The notes: a model not told the origin generated them from the sequence alone. A stretch of 64,000 nucleotides of DNA from Rhina ancylostomus (GCA_030265395.1 JARFYF010000022.1:27432531-27496530), one strand, 5' to 3'. Positions 13,028-26,385 are shown, counted from the stretch's first letter. A program made the numbers and translations.

Positions 13028-14279
13028 GTGCACCTTAAGAGGAAAACTATCCTCTTTGCTGTTTGCAGTCAAATATTAAATGTGTGTATAAAAATCAAAT
13101 TATCTCTAGCAATATAGAAACTCTTCCCTCATACCAGTTTTTTTTATTATGCCATTTTTAATCAAGAAAATCAGCCAAACCCTTTGGTACAAAACTGAAT
13201 AAAAGTTTTAAAGGTTCACAATTACCATGGATTTGATGCTGTCCATCCTAAGCAAACCAGGCGCTAGGAGAACTAAGATCCAATTGACACACCCATCTGT
13301 TTCCTGTCCCATCTTAAAGACAGGTAGCTTATTCAGGCAGGAGTAATCGGAATATTTGTGCTCAGGTTCCTATTTTACAGATGGGAACTCTCAATCATTT
13401 TTGTGCCTCATTGGAGAGATTAGTTGTCATAGGCACACCGCTCAGTAGAGGCTGTCAGGCTAGAAGTGGAAGCTCTTCAAGATAAATAGTGAACAAAACT
13501 CCTTCAGGCCTCTCACATTTTCAAACTCCTGCATACATAGTCATTTATTCAGCCTCCCAACCCAAGTGAGCTGCTTCTGAATACCTGTTTAACCTGGGAT
13601 ACTTGCCTGCTCCATTTAAATAAAATCTGCCCATTAAGATGGAGAAGGGGTGTCTGACTGTACTTCCCAGAAAATGTTTGTGCATTCCTCAGGCTGACTT
13701 CCCAGGAGTTAAAATTATTCCAAGCCAGTCTGGAAAGTATCAATGTGATGCTGGCATATATCTTGATCACAAAACAGTGAGGATGCAAGGATAATATACA
13801 ATACATGCATAAGTGTCTTCATTTATATAAGCCTGTCTGATGTGGAACAGTAATTGCAGCTTTTATTCAATATATTTCCAGTAATGATGGGCAGTATTCA
13901 GAAAGTAGTTCAAAATGGAAGGAAAACCACTTGATTTCCTCAAATTTCAGAGGAGCCAGCTGAGAAAAACTTTCTTTCAATTCCCTGTTAAACTTCTTCA
14001 TAATTGTTCAACAATTACAGTTCCTCCTGAGATCCATCCAATAAAAACATTTGAGTATGTTTTTAGATTTTGCTCACTATTCATCTTTGCATTCAAACAC
14101 CCAGTCAGAGTCATGATTGAGGCCAAAGCTGCTAATATGATGCCATTTAGGACTTGATGATGAGTTCCAGCATGCTTTCTTCATTTAGGCCTGGTGTTGA
14201 TGTTAATCAGTCTTGAGCACAGTACAAGTACAAAGTAGCAAGGAGTAATCAATGAGATAATTCAAAGCAGGAACCAGAG

Positions 14280-14672
14280 ATAAGCAAAAACTGCAGATGC
14301 TGGAAATCTGAAATAAAAACAGAAAGTGCTCAGCTGGTTAGGAAATGAATTTGTCATTAGAAAGATTCTGTTGAAAGGTCCTTGACTTGAATCAGTAACT
14401 TAGTTTCAACAGAAAATGCTGGAAAAATTCAGCAGGTTCATCAACATTTCAGGTCTGCAATCTTATGTCAGACCCTTTAGGCGAAAGGTCACAGATCTGA
14501 AAAGTTGACTGTTTCTCTTTCCACAGATCTGCCTGACCTGTTAGTTTTTCCAGCATTTTTTTTGTATATCAGATTTCCAGAATCTATTTTTTTTCAAATT
14601 TTTATGAAGTCTGTTTTTCTCTTTGTGGACGCTGCCTGACCTTCTGGGTATTTCTAGCATTTTTGTTTTTCT
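14280..14672. mobile_element. Cluster of nested, inverted Penelope tails
   Basis: ctgcagatgctggaaatctg (14291, minus), aaatgctggaaaaattcagcagg (14414, minus), ccacagatctgcctgacctg (14521, plus), gctgcctgaccttctggg (14631, plus). Confidence 0.65.
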
Positions 14673-14814
14673 TTTGTGAGTTGTTTGATTATTTAGCTAC
14701 AAATATTATTTGTGGTCAATTAAAATAATGCCTGCTTTGGAATTGAGCTTATATTTTCAATCTGACTACAAGAATGTGTCACAATAATTTTCAGTTATTG
14801 CTCTGATTAAAACC

Positions 14815-15140
14815 TGTCACAATGTTGATCCAGAGCAAACTCAGAGAACCCAAATGCGGCACACTGATATGAGACTGGAGTCAGGATACTTCCTCAGGAC
14901 AAACACAGGCAGTAACTGNNNNNNNNNNNNNNNNNNNNNNNNNNNNNNNNNNNNNNNNNNNNNNNNNNNNNNNNNNNNNNNNNNNNNNNNNNNNNNNNNN
15001 NNNNNNNNNNNNNNNNNNGCTAGGCCCCTGATGGGGCTCAGGTGTGTATTGTTATCTAATCAGTCCAGCATGGAATCCATGTGCTGGACAACAACGCATT
15101 AATGGAGCCAAATTGAGGGCCAGAACTCAGAACCATGACA
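14815..15140. mobile_element. Solo LTR of an LTR retrotransposon (contains an N gap)
   Basis: Termini TGTCA...TGACA flanked by a perfect 5-bp direct repeat AAACC (14810-14814 and 15141-15145). Confidence 0.75.
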
Positions 15141-15439
15141 AAACCAGGTATTTGTGCCTGGTGTTATAAAATGTCAAAAACTATCAGTGGAGCCAGGAGA
15201 ATGAAAGTAAGCTGGAAGTATTTAACAATGACTGTTATTTTGGAGGGAATATGCAAGTGATCTATGCAAAAGTGAAGATGTAAACGTTTCCAACAAATGT
15301 TTGATAAAATTGTTCAAAATTATCTGTTTGCTTCAGGCTACCTTACTGGTGAAGATTCGGTAAGTGTCCACCTTTACTAAAATATTCATATAATCAGGTT
15401 GATATATTTTTATTCCATTGCATCACCAAGTATTTACAA

Positions 15440-15870
15440 CTTGGAAGTGAAAGAATTGGACCAGAGGGTCCATGCCAGTGTTCATGCTCCACACAACTCC
15501 CTTACAGTCTTGCTTCATATAACCCCATCAACACCATTCCTTTCTCTTCTGTTTATCTCACTTTGTGTTAAGTGCATGTAATTAGTAGCAGAAGTGTCCC
15601 TTGTGGTCGCAGCTTCCACATTCTGCCTACCCTGTGGTTAAAGAACTCACTCTTGAATTTCTTTTAGCTTTATTAAGAATCATATCATTCTTTTGACCCC
15701 TAATTCTGTTTTCTTCTGCAATAGAAAACATATCTGATCTTGAAGATCTCATTAGGCTCTTCTTTGATCCTTACTTTTCTAGAGAGTAGAACCAGAATTT
15801 GTTCAGTTTCATGATAGATGTGGCTTCTTGGTTCTGGTACTAGCCCGGTAAATCATTTTTGCATCTTTAA
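15440..15870 (-). mobile_element. Old CR1 3' fragment
   Basis: gcagcttccacattctgcctaccctgtggttaaagaactc...ttgaagatctcattagg...ggtactagcccggtaaatcattttgca is similar to the younger CR1 at 38030-38500. Confidence 0.5.
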
Positions 15871-18800
15871 TGTCTTTACAAGTCCTGATCTGTTCTTACT
15901 CCCTCAAGTATTTTTGAAAAAAAAACTCAATGTGAATCACAGAAGTGTGTAGCAAGTGGACTCCATAACTTTTCAAAGTGACAGTACGTAAATATTGAAA
16001 TTTTTGGTTGTATTTCTCAGTTTGACACCTACTGTATTGCTGGTATTTCAGTATCATTCAGACTGATGAAAGCTGCTAATTCTGAAACTATTATGTGGTG
16101 TGACATAACTGGCATGGACATCATTGTTAGTTTTCCTTCTATTTGCCACCTACCCTCATTTCCATACTGTTCCCAGGGTATTGTCAATCTTTTTGTACCT
16201 TGGGCATGGGTACTTTTCATTATATAGGAGACGAGGCAGCATTAGTGAGCTGAACAGACACATATGGTAGGGGAGGAAAGTGATCACAGTTGTCTCAGGG
16301 CTCTTCTCAACGATTATTTGTTCTGCAGCATATCCTCAGAGAGAGTTAGCAGACTTCACCAGTTTAGAAAATGCTGGCCAATTATTGTAATCTGGAAACG
16401 CTGTCTGGTTCCATGACAATACGTTTATTACCTTTTAAATTGCCTCTATTTTACCTCCATAATATTGACAAAATTCTTGTTAATTACTTTCAGTGAACTT
16501 GCTGGACAAATGTTTTATGGGGTATGAATCCTAAAAACTTCAAGATAACAGAGGGAGGGATGTCATTTAAATGTGTTAATTGATTTGTCTGTTGATAGCC
16601 TCCAATGACTTCGAGTATAAATGAACAGAAAGCGTTTAATTTAGATTCTGGTGCAGAATGTTAGCGCAGGCTTCAAGAAGTAATTAAGGTAGTGGGAGGT
16701 ACCTTTGCTACACTGACACTCTTTGGTATGTGTTATTACAGGGCCAGGCTTTTATAACCTTACCGTGCCTGTACTGTGCTAAAGCGATGCTTTCTGTTGT
16801 TCTCATCTCAACCTGGCTAAGCTATTCCCATATGTGGAAAACTTACTTGCAGAGTCCTTTTACCCTAGTGCCTATGGAATGCTCCATTTTTGGCAGTGGG
16901 CCATGTTTTCCTTATAAGGGAAAGTGTGCTGAAATTCCATCTGATTTTCAAGTTTATCTGAAGTCTCTGGGGGTTGGCTTATGGCTATCCCCTCCCAAGT
17001 GAATAAGATGTTGCATTTGCCTTTTTACTCTGGACGCTCTAGTTTCAACCACCTTTTGGATTATCTCAGATTCAAAGAAATAGAACAAGAGCCTTAAATG
17101 TTTGGGAGCATTTTATAGCATAGTCAATATGATTTCTACTTGTACAATTACAAAATGCAGCATCAAATATTATGACATCTTATAATGGGGACAGAAATAC
17201 CACAGCTTCCCTGCTTTCTTGATTAGCTCGGTGGGCACGGTATGACAGATGTTTATAATTGTCTGCAGCTGTATAACATTATTGACTGCCGGTTCATGTC
17301 ACAATTTTCTGAATTAATGGAATGCACTGTTTCTGTGTAAACGGTGCCTCTTGGGTTACCTTTCTTTTTAAGCATTTGTTCAAATCAGCAACAAATCAAA
17401 AAGAAAAGAGAAAAGACCATATTTTTTGGAGGAGCAGAGACACTGAAAATTACTTAACAAGTAAAATATAAAAGTCAATGCATAATAAAAATTAACAGAA
17501 TAAGAACTGGCCAGTCTTATTAAATTTAGTGCATTTAATGACTTTTTAATGTATGTTTTTTCTTTGTAACTTGCATTCCTTTTCAGTTTTAAATATGTGT
17601 TATATCCCTTTATCCTTTGAGTCATTTCCTTCCCCTAAGCCCCCGTCACCCTCACCTTTCATCTTCTAGATTGTAATGTTGATAATTTAAAGAGGCAGAA
17701 TGTCTCAACTGTAAACGTGAACAAATTCAGAGTTGATGGAAATTACAAGCAACCATCTAATTCTGCTTAATTTACCAAGTTATGGGTCAGTGGACACATG
17801 ATTTTAATAGACAAAGTGAGAATTTTGAAACAGAAAATCAATCTTTAAAGAGACAGACACATTCAAGGTAAATCCTGTTGTGGTTCTCTATGCTTGTGAT
17901 GGAATTATTCATGATATCATTGCTGCATGCCCGACAGCTATCATTTGATGTAAACAATTTGACATTGCTGCTACAATGTGCACACAAGCTGAAGAAATTG
18001 CATAAGCCTCAAATGTAAGGGCAGCCTTCAACATGTCTTTTCCTCACTGAGCCATTGTTGGAGAGTCTGCAACATTGAGTCTCCCAGGTTGCAGTAAGGA
18101 CCTTCCTTGATTTTGGGGTTGGCAGTGGTGGTGGAATGGGGGTAGGAGGAAGTGCCTGGCCACTCGGATTCTTGCTTCACGTGCCCAGTTCTGACAGAAT
18201 AATATGCCAACGTCCATCAGGAATGCATGATGTTCGTAGTCATCCTGTGAGTAAAGCTGACTCAAATCTGTTTCTACATGAAACTGGTGTAGGTCTCATT
18301 TTACATTTCATGCTATTGCAAGAAATATTTCACCAAATTTTTGTGTTAATAAATTTAATGCTATATGATCAATAATACAAAACAGAAAAGTTAACATAGA
18401 TTACTTTTGGAGATTGCACAAACTCAACTATAATGATTTTTGCACAAGAAAGGTAAATTTATAGTAAAATTCCAATCATTTCAAGTGTGTACTCTCACAC
18501 AGTTTAACATGCAATACTAACAATGCTAGTTTCAGTTTCTAGGATTGGGTTTTGCTGCCAGATTCAACAAAGGGGGCCCAGATCCCATAGTGAAGAGCAT
18601 TCCTTAAATTCAACCAGAAAGTCGTTCTTCAAAAAAAGTAAAGACAATAATAGCAGTGGAAGATGGAGGTTTCTGTTATTAAATCTGCAGCATTTTACAC
18701 CAGTTCAACTTTAACTGAAGTTTACAGATCACATTATAAATATAGAAGTTTAAACAGGGATCTATAGACCCTAAATAAATACATGTGGGGAGGGGGATAC

Positions 18801-18875
18801 TAGAGATTCCCGAATGCCAATAAATTTGTGTCCCTCCTCTGTGACCTGATAAACTGGATTTAACTTAAACCAAGA

Positions 18876-19070
18876 AATACAAGAGAATGCAGATGCTGGA
18901 ATCTGGAGCAAAAGTCTAACAGCTGAAGAGACTCATTGGGTCAAGCCGCATCAATGGAAGCAAAAGGATAGTCGACGTTTCAGGATGAAACCCTGCATCA
19001 GCACTGAGTGTAGAGGGAAGGTAACCCGTCTAAAGGTGTGAGAGGGAGAGGTGAGGGGATGAGGGGTAGA
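18876..19070 (-). mobile_element. Penelope-like 3' tail with a variant hammerhead motif
   Basis: Reverse strand reads cagtgCTGATGCagggtttcatcctGAAAcgTCgacta, then ...ccagattccagcatctgca. Confidence 0.7.
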
Positions 19071-20769
19071 TGTCATTTAGAAGTTAAAAACCTTGGGCCC
19101 TAGCTGTTTTACTACCTGCAACAAAGGCTCCCAAGAAGAAAAGCTTGAAAACCATCGGAATAAATAATGCATTCAACAAACTAGAACAAATTGGAATTAA
19201 ATTTTCCTCTCCTCTGCTAACTAAAAGTCTGCTTAAAAATAGGTCTGAGCCCTTCACTGCTTAATTCCTCAAAGCCCAGTAAGCATCTCTGATTCAACTA
19301 AAATCACCAATCTCAGTCAGCAAAGCTACAAAAAAGATAGTTGTGGCAATGTCCATTATATGATGCATTTTACTGTGTTTTGCCTCCTCCAGATGTGTTT
19401 GGTAAGTTTTCCGGTGCACTCGGCCTTGGTAATCTTGTAGGGATTCAGAAATTCCCTCTGCGAACTGGGAATTAGAATGGAAGAAGGATCTTTGTAAAGG
19501 AAATTGAAAGGAGGATGAATGCATATCTATACAGGCCATTCAGACAGGTTACAAACGCCTGACTTGTGGACACCCATGGATATGAATGAGCTCCCATATT
19601 ATTATTAAATTCTGAAGTCCAACATATGCACATACATTTGTTCCTATGCACAGCAGAACTAATTTCCTCTCTCTGTCCATTTTTAGTGATTATTTTTTCA
19701 GTTTTGTGTATTTTTGATGCTATTCATTACAATTCTGTGGAGGTATGGTTACCATATCAAGTGATTATTGGGTACTTTTTCATTTATGGACAAATCAACT
19801 TTAGGACATCTTTAAAAATGGAACCTGTTTGTTACCTGAGGACAGACTGCACAGGGAATGGGAAAAGTTTGTGATGGAGTGACTATGAAAGGAAGATCAA
19901 TTCGATGTGAGGTTTGGTTGCATAGGAGTATCTAGCCATTTGTTGCCCATGCAAATGGCAATAATTCTTGTGAGAGTTAGGGATATAAATATTCATGGAT
20001 TATTTGCTGAAGCCATGAATCCTGTTTGACCCAACATGTAGACATATGTAGGATGGCTGATTTCTTTTTCCTGCCTGGTTAGGAATATATGGTAATTGTA
20101 ACACATACTCTTCCTGAGCCCAGCTGAAATTGGCTGACACACCATAGACTTGATCTGTTTGGGGGTTGGCTCAGTTTCTCACAAGAGAATGTAGATTTAG
20201 ATCAATCCAGAGACTTCAATTTTCCTTTACTATAGAACAGTTCTATCTTATTGAGCCATGGATAAGTTAATTGCATTTATACTGCATGAAAATCTTCTAA
20301 GGCACATAGAAGTTGTATATTAGCTTTCAAAGAGCCAATGGAAGCCAACTGTATGTTCCTCCATAGGAAAAATGGGCAATTTTGTTCCCTATTTTAAGTG
20401 AGAGATTTTATTAAACCTCTATATGTTACTTTGTCAGAAAAACCGTGGAGTGTGGTCTGGTTAATCTGCTATTGTTAGAACAGTAAATTGACAGCATATG
20501 CATGCAGGCTCCATATAAATAGCACAGCAGACTTTTACATTCCTTTTTGCCATAGCCCAGCTTATCCAGATGAAGTGGTTCAATTGAATACTGAGTAACT
20601 CTGTGTGATTACAAAGCACCAATCTAATCAACAGGACCAGAAACAGCAAAAGTAAATTTCAAAAGTTGAATATTTTGAAAAGAAATGATTCTTTGATTTT
20701 TTTTTTGAAGCCATTCCTTGATAATTTTACATAGCTGCACATAAATGCATATGAACTATAGGGGGGGCT

Positions 20770-21037
20770 ATATGAAAAATAGGGGGCTATGTGGGACGGA
20801 AGGGTTAGATAGATCTTAGAGCAGGATACATGTCGGCACAATATTGTGGGNNNNNNNNNNNNNNNNNNNNNNNNNNNNNNNNNNNNNNNNNNNNNNNNNN
20901 NNNNNNNNNNNNNNNNNNNNNNNNNNNNNNNNNNNNNNNNNNNNNNNNNNTTAGATAGATCTTAGAGCAGGATAAAATGTCGGCATAACATTGTGGGCCG
21001 AAAGGCCTGTACTGTGCTGTTGTGTTCTTTGTTCTAT
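20770..21037 (+). mobile_element. CR1-type 3' tail, duplicated across an N gap
   Basis: ttagatagatcttagagcaggata...attgtggg occurs on both sides of the gap; ends gggccgaaaggcctgtactgtgctgttgtgttctttgttctat. Confidence 0.65.
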
Positions 21038-22194
21038 ACATACATGAAGAATAAATTGTGAAAGCTTTAAATTTTATGTGAGGCTTTAACGAATTATTTA
21101 GTCAATCTTGCTGTGGAAGTAGCTTTCTTTGCAGTCATTACGCATCAACAAATTAAAGCAGTGACACTTCACGTTGGAAGTTTGGCAATAAGCAGTTGTA
21201 AGATGTGAAATAGTTCAATAAAGTATTAGTAAACATATATTGATGCAATAACATATTAAATAATGTGGAAAGTCATTCTGATCTTGTGCAATGGTTACAG
21301 CTCAGTGGTGTGTGGTATTTTTGATGCACCAGTATTTAATCTGATAAACAGGTTGCTAATAATCCTGAAAGCATTCCAGCACTAATAATTGTGATTGCTT
21401 TAAAACCACTAGTTTCTCTTTAATAGCTCTTATTTGGAATATTCCCATAGGTTATGTCAATGATTATTTCCTGCTGTAATATACTTGTAGACAAAATTGT
21501 TGTGTGATTCAATGATACGGCAAAAGCATTGGATAGCAACTAGTCAGATCAAAATGTTTGGATATCACTTGCTTAAAATTCTTCTGCAGAAGCAAATGGT
21601 ATGGACCACTTGGTCAGGAACAGGTTTTTGCAATGCACGTGAGACCTCTTACTACATGGATTAATGGAAAGCAGGCTTTCCTGGTTTGGCTCATGTTGCA
21701 GGTAAATCCCTTTAACAGTTTAACTTCCCTTGCACCTACCCCCACCACCATTCACCACTTACTGTGGGATTTACGTAGGGCCCTCCCTATCAAACCCCAG
21801 TGTTCATGACTGCCTATCCCCACCCCCAACCTCGGCAACTGATCACGACCCCAGCCTATCCACTCAGCCAACCACAATCCACATTCTTCCTCACCTGCGA
21901 TTGCTTCCAACCCCAAGTTTGACAAACACTTTCATCCTCACTTACACCTTTCCCGGGTTTCTCTCAACTACAACCCTCTCCTGTCCTAACCCCAGCAACC
22001 AACAATCTGGCATCTGCCTAAATTCCTCTGTGAACTCCATAATGTAAAGGTGAAAGTTAACACCTCTGCCACACCTTGGGCCTCGTGCGAGAATATGAAG
22101 CTGGGGACAGTGTGAAACAAAACATGCAAACTTGAACTGGTGTACTGTTTGTTGCTGATGTATCAGCTTTTTAAGGTACAGAATGTTTTCCAGC

Positions 22195-22305
22195 CCCTTC
22201 ATTTATAAAGAACCTTTCATAACTTCAAGATGTCCCAAAGCAATTTTCAGCCAATCAAGTATTTTAATGAGTAGTTACTGTTACTTTGTTGGAAATATGC
22301 AGTCT
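22195..22305 (-). mobile_element. DeuSINE/L2-type 3' tail remnant
   Basis: catttataaagaacctttcataacttcaagatgtcccaaagcaattttcagccaat. Confidence 0.45.
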
Positions 22306-23342
22306 TTGTGTTTGTTGATCATTTACGTGCTGTTATTTCACACAAAATTATTTGATGGATTTAATGGATATTCACTATATAACCATGTTGCAACCATTGC
22401 ATTTTGTGTGAACCAGCCAGCCATATGTTGTTTATTTATACAACAGGAATGCATTCTTTTGAATATTCGGCAAGTCAGATCTGTATTTCTTCACAAAATG
22501 GGATGAAATACACTTTTGGCTAAATTTATATTTGAATGGTTGTGGAGAGTGATGAGGCATGAGTTAGAATTTGAACAGAGATTAACGTTTCAACCCATGT
22601 GGTAACGTACCCCTGTTGACAAGAAATGTATTTCTTCTTGCTGAGGTTCAAAGTTGTTCGTATCAAGGTGGATCAATTGGAAGGAAGTAATGGAAGCCAT
22701 CAGAACAAATCAAGTAGGTTTCACCTTAGTAGCACTGTTGATTACAAATTAAATTGTGGCATAATTTTTTTCAGTGACAGACTAATGCTTTTCATGAGTT
22801 ACTGATGTATTTATTTGATGGCCCTCCCCTAAAGTAACTTGTGTAACAAACTACTAATTGCAGTTCTTGATTTTTTAAAATTATTTTCCTCAGAGAAATA
22901 TTTTGAGAAGTTTCAGCTACTTTCTTCTATGTTGTATTGTTTTCTTCAAGATGAGCTGCATCTGATGCTTTTGAATAAATAAATAGCAAATGAGTGATTG
23001 CCTAGGAGTTACAAGATTTTAAAATGCACTGATAGGTCCCATATTTAGGATTGCATTGGAGTGTACTGCAGTGATGTATGAGATAGGTCACTACTCACTT
23101 TGAATGCAGTGAAGTTTTGTAATTGTAACAGTTATTTATAGTTCACTTATTCCGTATGATGCACGTCCATTTTTATTAGAGTCCCTCAGGAAATGAGAAG
23201 TAATAATCATTAAAAATATATCTGATTTAAGCCACAGATAGGAAGTATAAAATTCTGCTTTCTTCCTATTCCTGAAGCATGTTTTTTAATGCATTTTAAG
23301 AGTTTTGCTCCCAATGATGTAAAGGTAGTTTCTCCAAAGTAC

Positions 23343-23343
<1 letters not shown>

Positions 23344-23377
<34 letters not shown>

Positions 23378-23440
23378 TATACGTATATATACATGTGTAT
23401 TTGTGTGTGTATATATATATATATATATAAAAAAAAATAA
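23344..23440. repeat. Compound (TA)n-(CA)n-(TG)n-(TA)n microsatellite
   Basis: Visible directly in the sequence. Confidence 0.9.
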
Positions 23441-23689
23441 AAGATAGTTGTTGACACTGAGAAGGTACTAATAGACAAGAAACAGCCCAGTGTGTTGTCT
23501 CTTTTAATTAATGACTACACCTGAAATGCAGGCATCTACAGAACAATCAGCCTTTCATAACATCAGTGTTGAAGAATGGAATTAATTATCACGAGTAAAC
23601 AAGCAGTATCTGTATCATTCAGACAAAATCAGCATACCTTAGGAAGGGAAAGATCCTGCCTCACAAATCTCCTTAACTTTGAGGAAGTG

Positions 23690-23960
23690 ATGTCACATTA
23701 GGACTGCAGAAGAGCATAATTTGTTAAACTTCCAAAAAACTATTATAGTTATGGGAATTCAGAGAAGCCCCTGGGAATGGATGAGAAACTGGTGAAATGT
23801 AGAAAACAATAGTTACTTGTTAGAGAAGTTATGTCTGGGATAGGCAACCACTGAGCTGAATGCCCCAGGGACCAGTGTTGGGACCACCACTGTTTCTAAT
23901 TTACAATAGCCTGTATTCTGTGCTGCAATGCAAAATTTACAGATGATGCCAAATCAGGAG
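23690..23960 (+). mobile_element. Old CR1/L2 RT remnant
   Basis: ccccagggaccagtgttgggaccaccactgttt (PQGSVLGPLLF-like) and aaatttacagatgatgccaaa (KFADDxK-like). Confidence 0.55.
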
Positions 23961-25659
23961 AAGCAGCAGAACATGTGTTGCCAGTTCAAAACTGACAGGC
24001 TAAGTAGGGGGAAAGTAGGCATAAAACTGCAGACAAAATTAATCCAAACATGTTACAAAAAATGAGTGATACCTCTTATTTATGGAATTATTGAAATGGT
24101 TAAACATAAAACTGAAAGAAATTTGTAATAGTCTTGGTAGTCGGTATATCCAACCAAAGTGGAAGAACAGTTAACAAATCCAATAGAGCGGTGAAATATA
24201 TACCTGAAAGACTAGAATATGCCAGGGGAAACCATTGTTTAAATTGACTGGTCCTGGGGCCAAACTCCACTGGGAATAATGGGCCAGATCTTCCTGGACC
24301 TGGCCCACTGCCAGAAATCCCACCGAGCTGCACCTACAATTTCCATATGGGGAGGACTGAACAAGCTGATCCTTTGTGCCCAAGAGGGAACCTGTAGAGT
24401 GGTATGGATGATGTACACTGAATAGGCATCAGGCAGTGATCCTGAGGCTTTCCCCCAGGCTTGGTGACTGCTTTTGAACAGTTTTTAAATATCTCTGATA
24501 GTCACATTTGTTTTGCCTCTGGTTTATTGAATGTTCATTGTTGCAAACAGTTTATCTTAATTTATTCTATCTAAACATTTCATGATCTTAAGCACAAAAT
24601 CAATACTTGGCCTACTCCACTGTAAGGAGAACAACCCAAGCTTCTCCAGTCTATCTATGTAACTGTACTCCCCTTTCTCTGGAACTATTTCTGCTAAAGC
24701 CAATTCAGATTCCATAAACTAAAATACTTACATTGCTCATATAAATTTTAAATCAAAGTACTTGGTAGATTGCTCCACCAGTGATTTTGATGAACAAAGG
24801 TAAAGCATTGCTCTCTGGTTAAGAGTTGCGTTGGATAAAAAGATTTTCAAAATTAAACTTGCATTTTGTGATCTGTACAAAATCTGCTTAGACTTTATTG
24901 ATTAAACAAGGGAAAAGTTGGCAGTGAGTGAGAGGAAATTTTCCTCTGCTCACTTGAGTGTAGATGTTTCCAGGAAGTAGCTGACAGAAGGAATGTGGTC
25001 TCTCCTCTCAGTGTGCTTGTGGATTCACAAACAGCCCTGTACATATATTATTGCACTGTAATTCAGACAAAGTGCTCTTTTAAAATACTTGGTAAGTTCA
25101 TTAACACTGAATATAGGTATATGTTTATGTTCAATTTTTTTTATTTTTGTGAATGAACATGACATGACCACATTAGATTCGGCACTTACAAGCTTTCCAG
25201 AGGGCTATGCAAATTCATCCAATACTGGTTTGTTCTTCAAGCAAACTTTTATTTGGCTTGGGAGTGTGGGGGTAAAGGCTTATCCAGGAAATAGAAACAA
25301 GAAGCAATATTTTGTTACATTTTGAGAGGAAAACTATCATTTATCACGACTACTTGGCTTTAAATGAATTAACCAGTTTTCAGACTTGTTCATGGCAGGA
25401 TAGAAGAAAAATAAAGCCTTGTCCTTGCCTCAAATCTTGGACTTCTTTGCAAACTAGCTTCTGGTTTTAATTATGTTGTTATATTAGTTAGTAAGTAATT
25501 CAGATGATTTAAATGAATGCCATACATTAATTAGGTGATAGAATGGGCAAAAGAAAAACAAGTGGGATGCACTGTCACTCAATGGGAGATACTACATTTT
25601 CATTTAAAAAAATAAAAATAGTGAATGGGAAGTTGGGTGACGATGCCCCTTCTCAAAGA

Positions 25660-26385
25660 CTTTCACATCTTTTCTAAAGCACAGTGATCAAAATTGAGCA
25701 CAATATTCTAGTTGTGATCTAAGCAGCGTTTTGTAAAGATTCAACATTATTTTCCTGCTTTTATACTCTGTACTACTGCTAACTGAAACCCAGGATCCCA
25801 TATACTTTATCTTAGCTGTCCTCCCACCTTTAAATAAAAACTATGTATGTATTCACCCAGATGTCATTATTTCTGCACTTCTTTTACATTCTCTCCTCCT
25901 CCTTCATGGGAAAATGTATCATTTTTTTTCTGTGTTAAATTTCATCTGCCTTGTATCTGACCATTCCACCAGCTTATCTATGTTCTCTTGAAGTCTACTA
26001 CCATCTTTATCACTGTTTACCACTCTAACAAGCTTTGTGTCAGCCACAAATGATGAAATTATATACGTTATTAATGTATATTGGATTTAACAGTAGTTCC
26101 GCCATTGATTCTTGGGGAACAGCAATGAAGCCTTTCATCAGGCCTCTGTGCTTTCTGCCCAAGCCAATTTCTCATCTTTGCTCCCACTGACCCTGTTGTT
26201 CCATGAGCTGCAATTTATGTGGGAGTTGATCAAACATTTGTGAAAATCCATTTATATGACATCTGCCACTTAGCTTCATCACTCTGTTCTGCTACCTTAT
26301 CAAAAATTCAGTCAGATTAGTTGAGCAGAATTTACCTTTGGAACAATTCATGCAGGCACTCCTTTATCAACATGTACTTTTTTCC
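25660..26385 (-). mobile_element. Old CR1 RT/C-terminal fragment
   Basis: aagctttgtgtcagccacaaa (reverse of FVADTKL), gattcttggggaac (reverse of VPQES), and ttgagcacaatattctagttgtgatc (reverse of QLEYCAQF). Confidence 0.6.

Noticed and set aside
13549-13806. 85-aa and similar short ORFs (57781-58209, 50905-51445, 31138-31544)
   Set aside because: No recognisable domains or coherent splice sites; lengths are compatible with chance.
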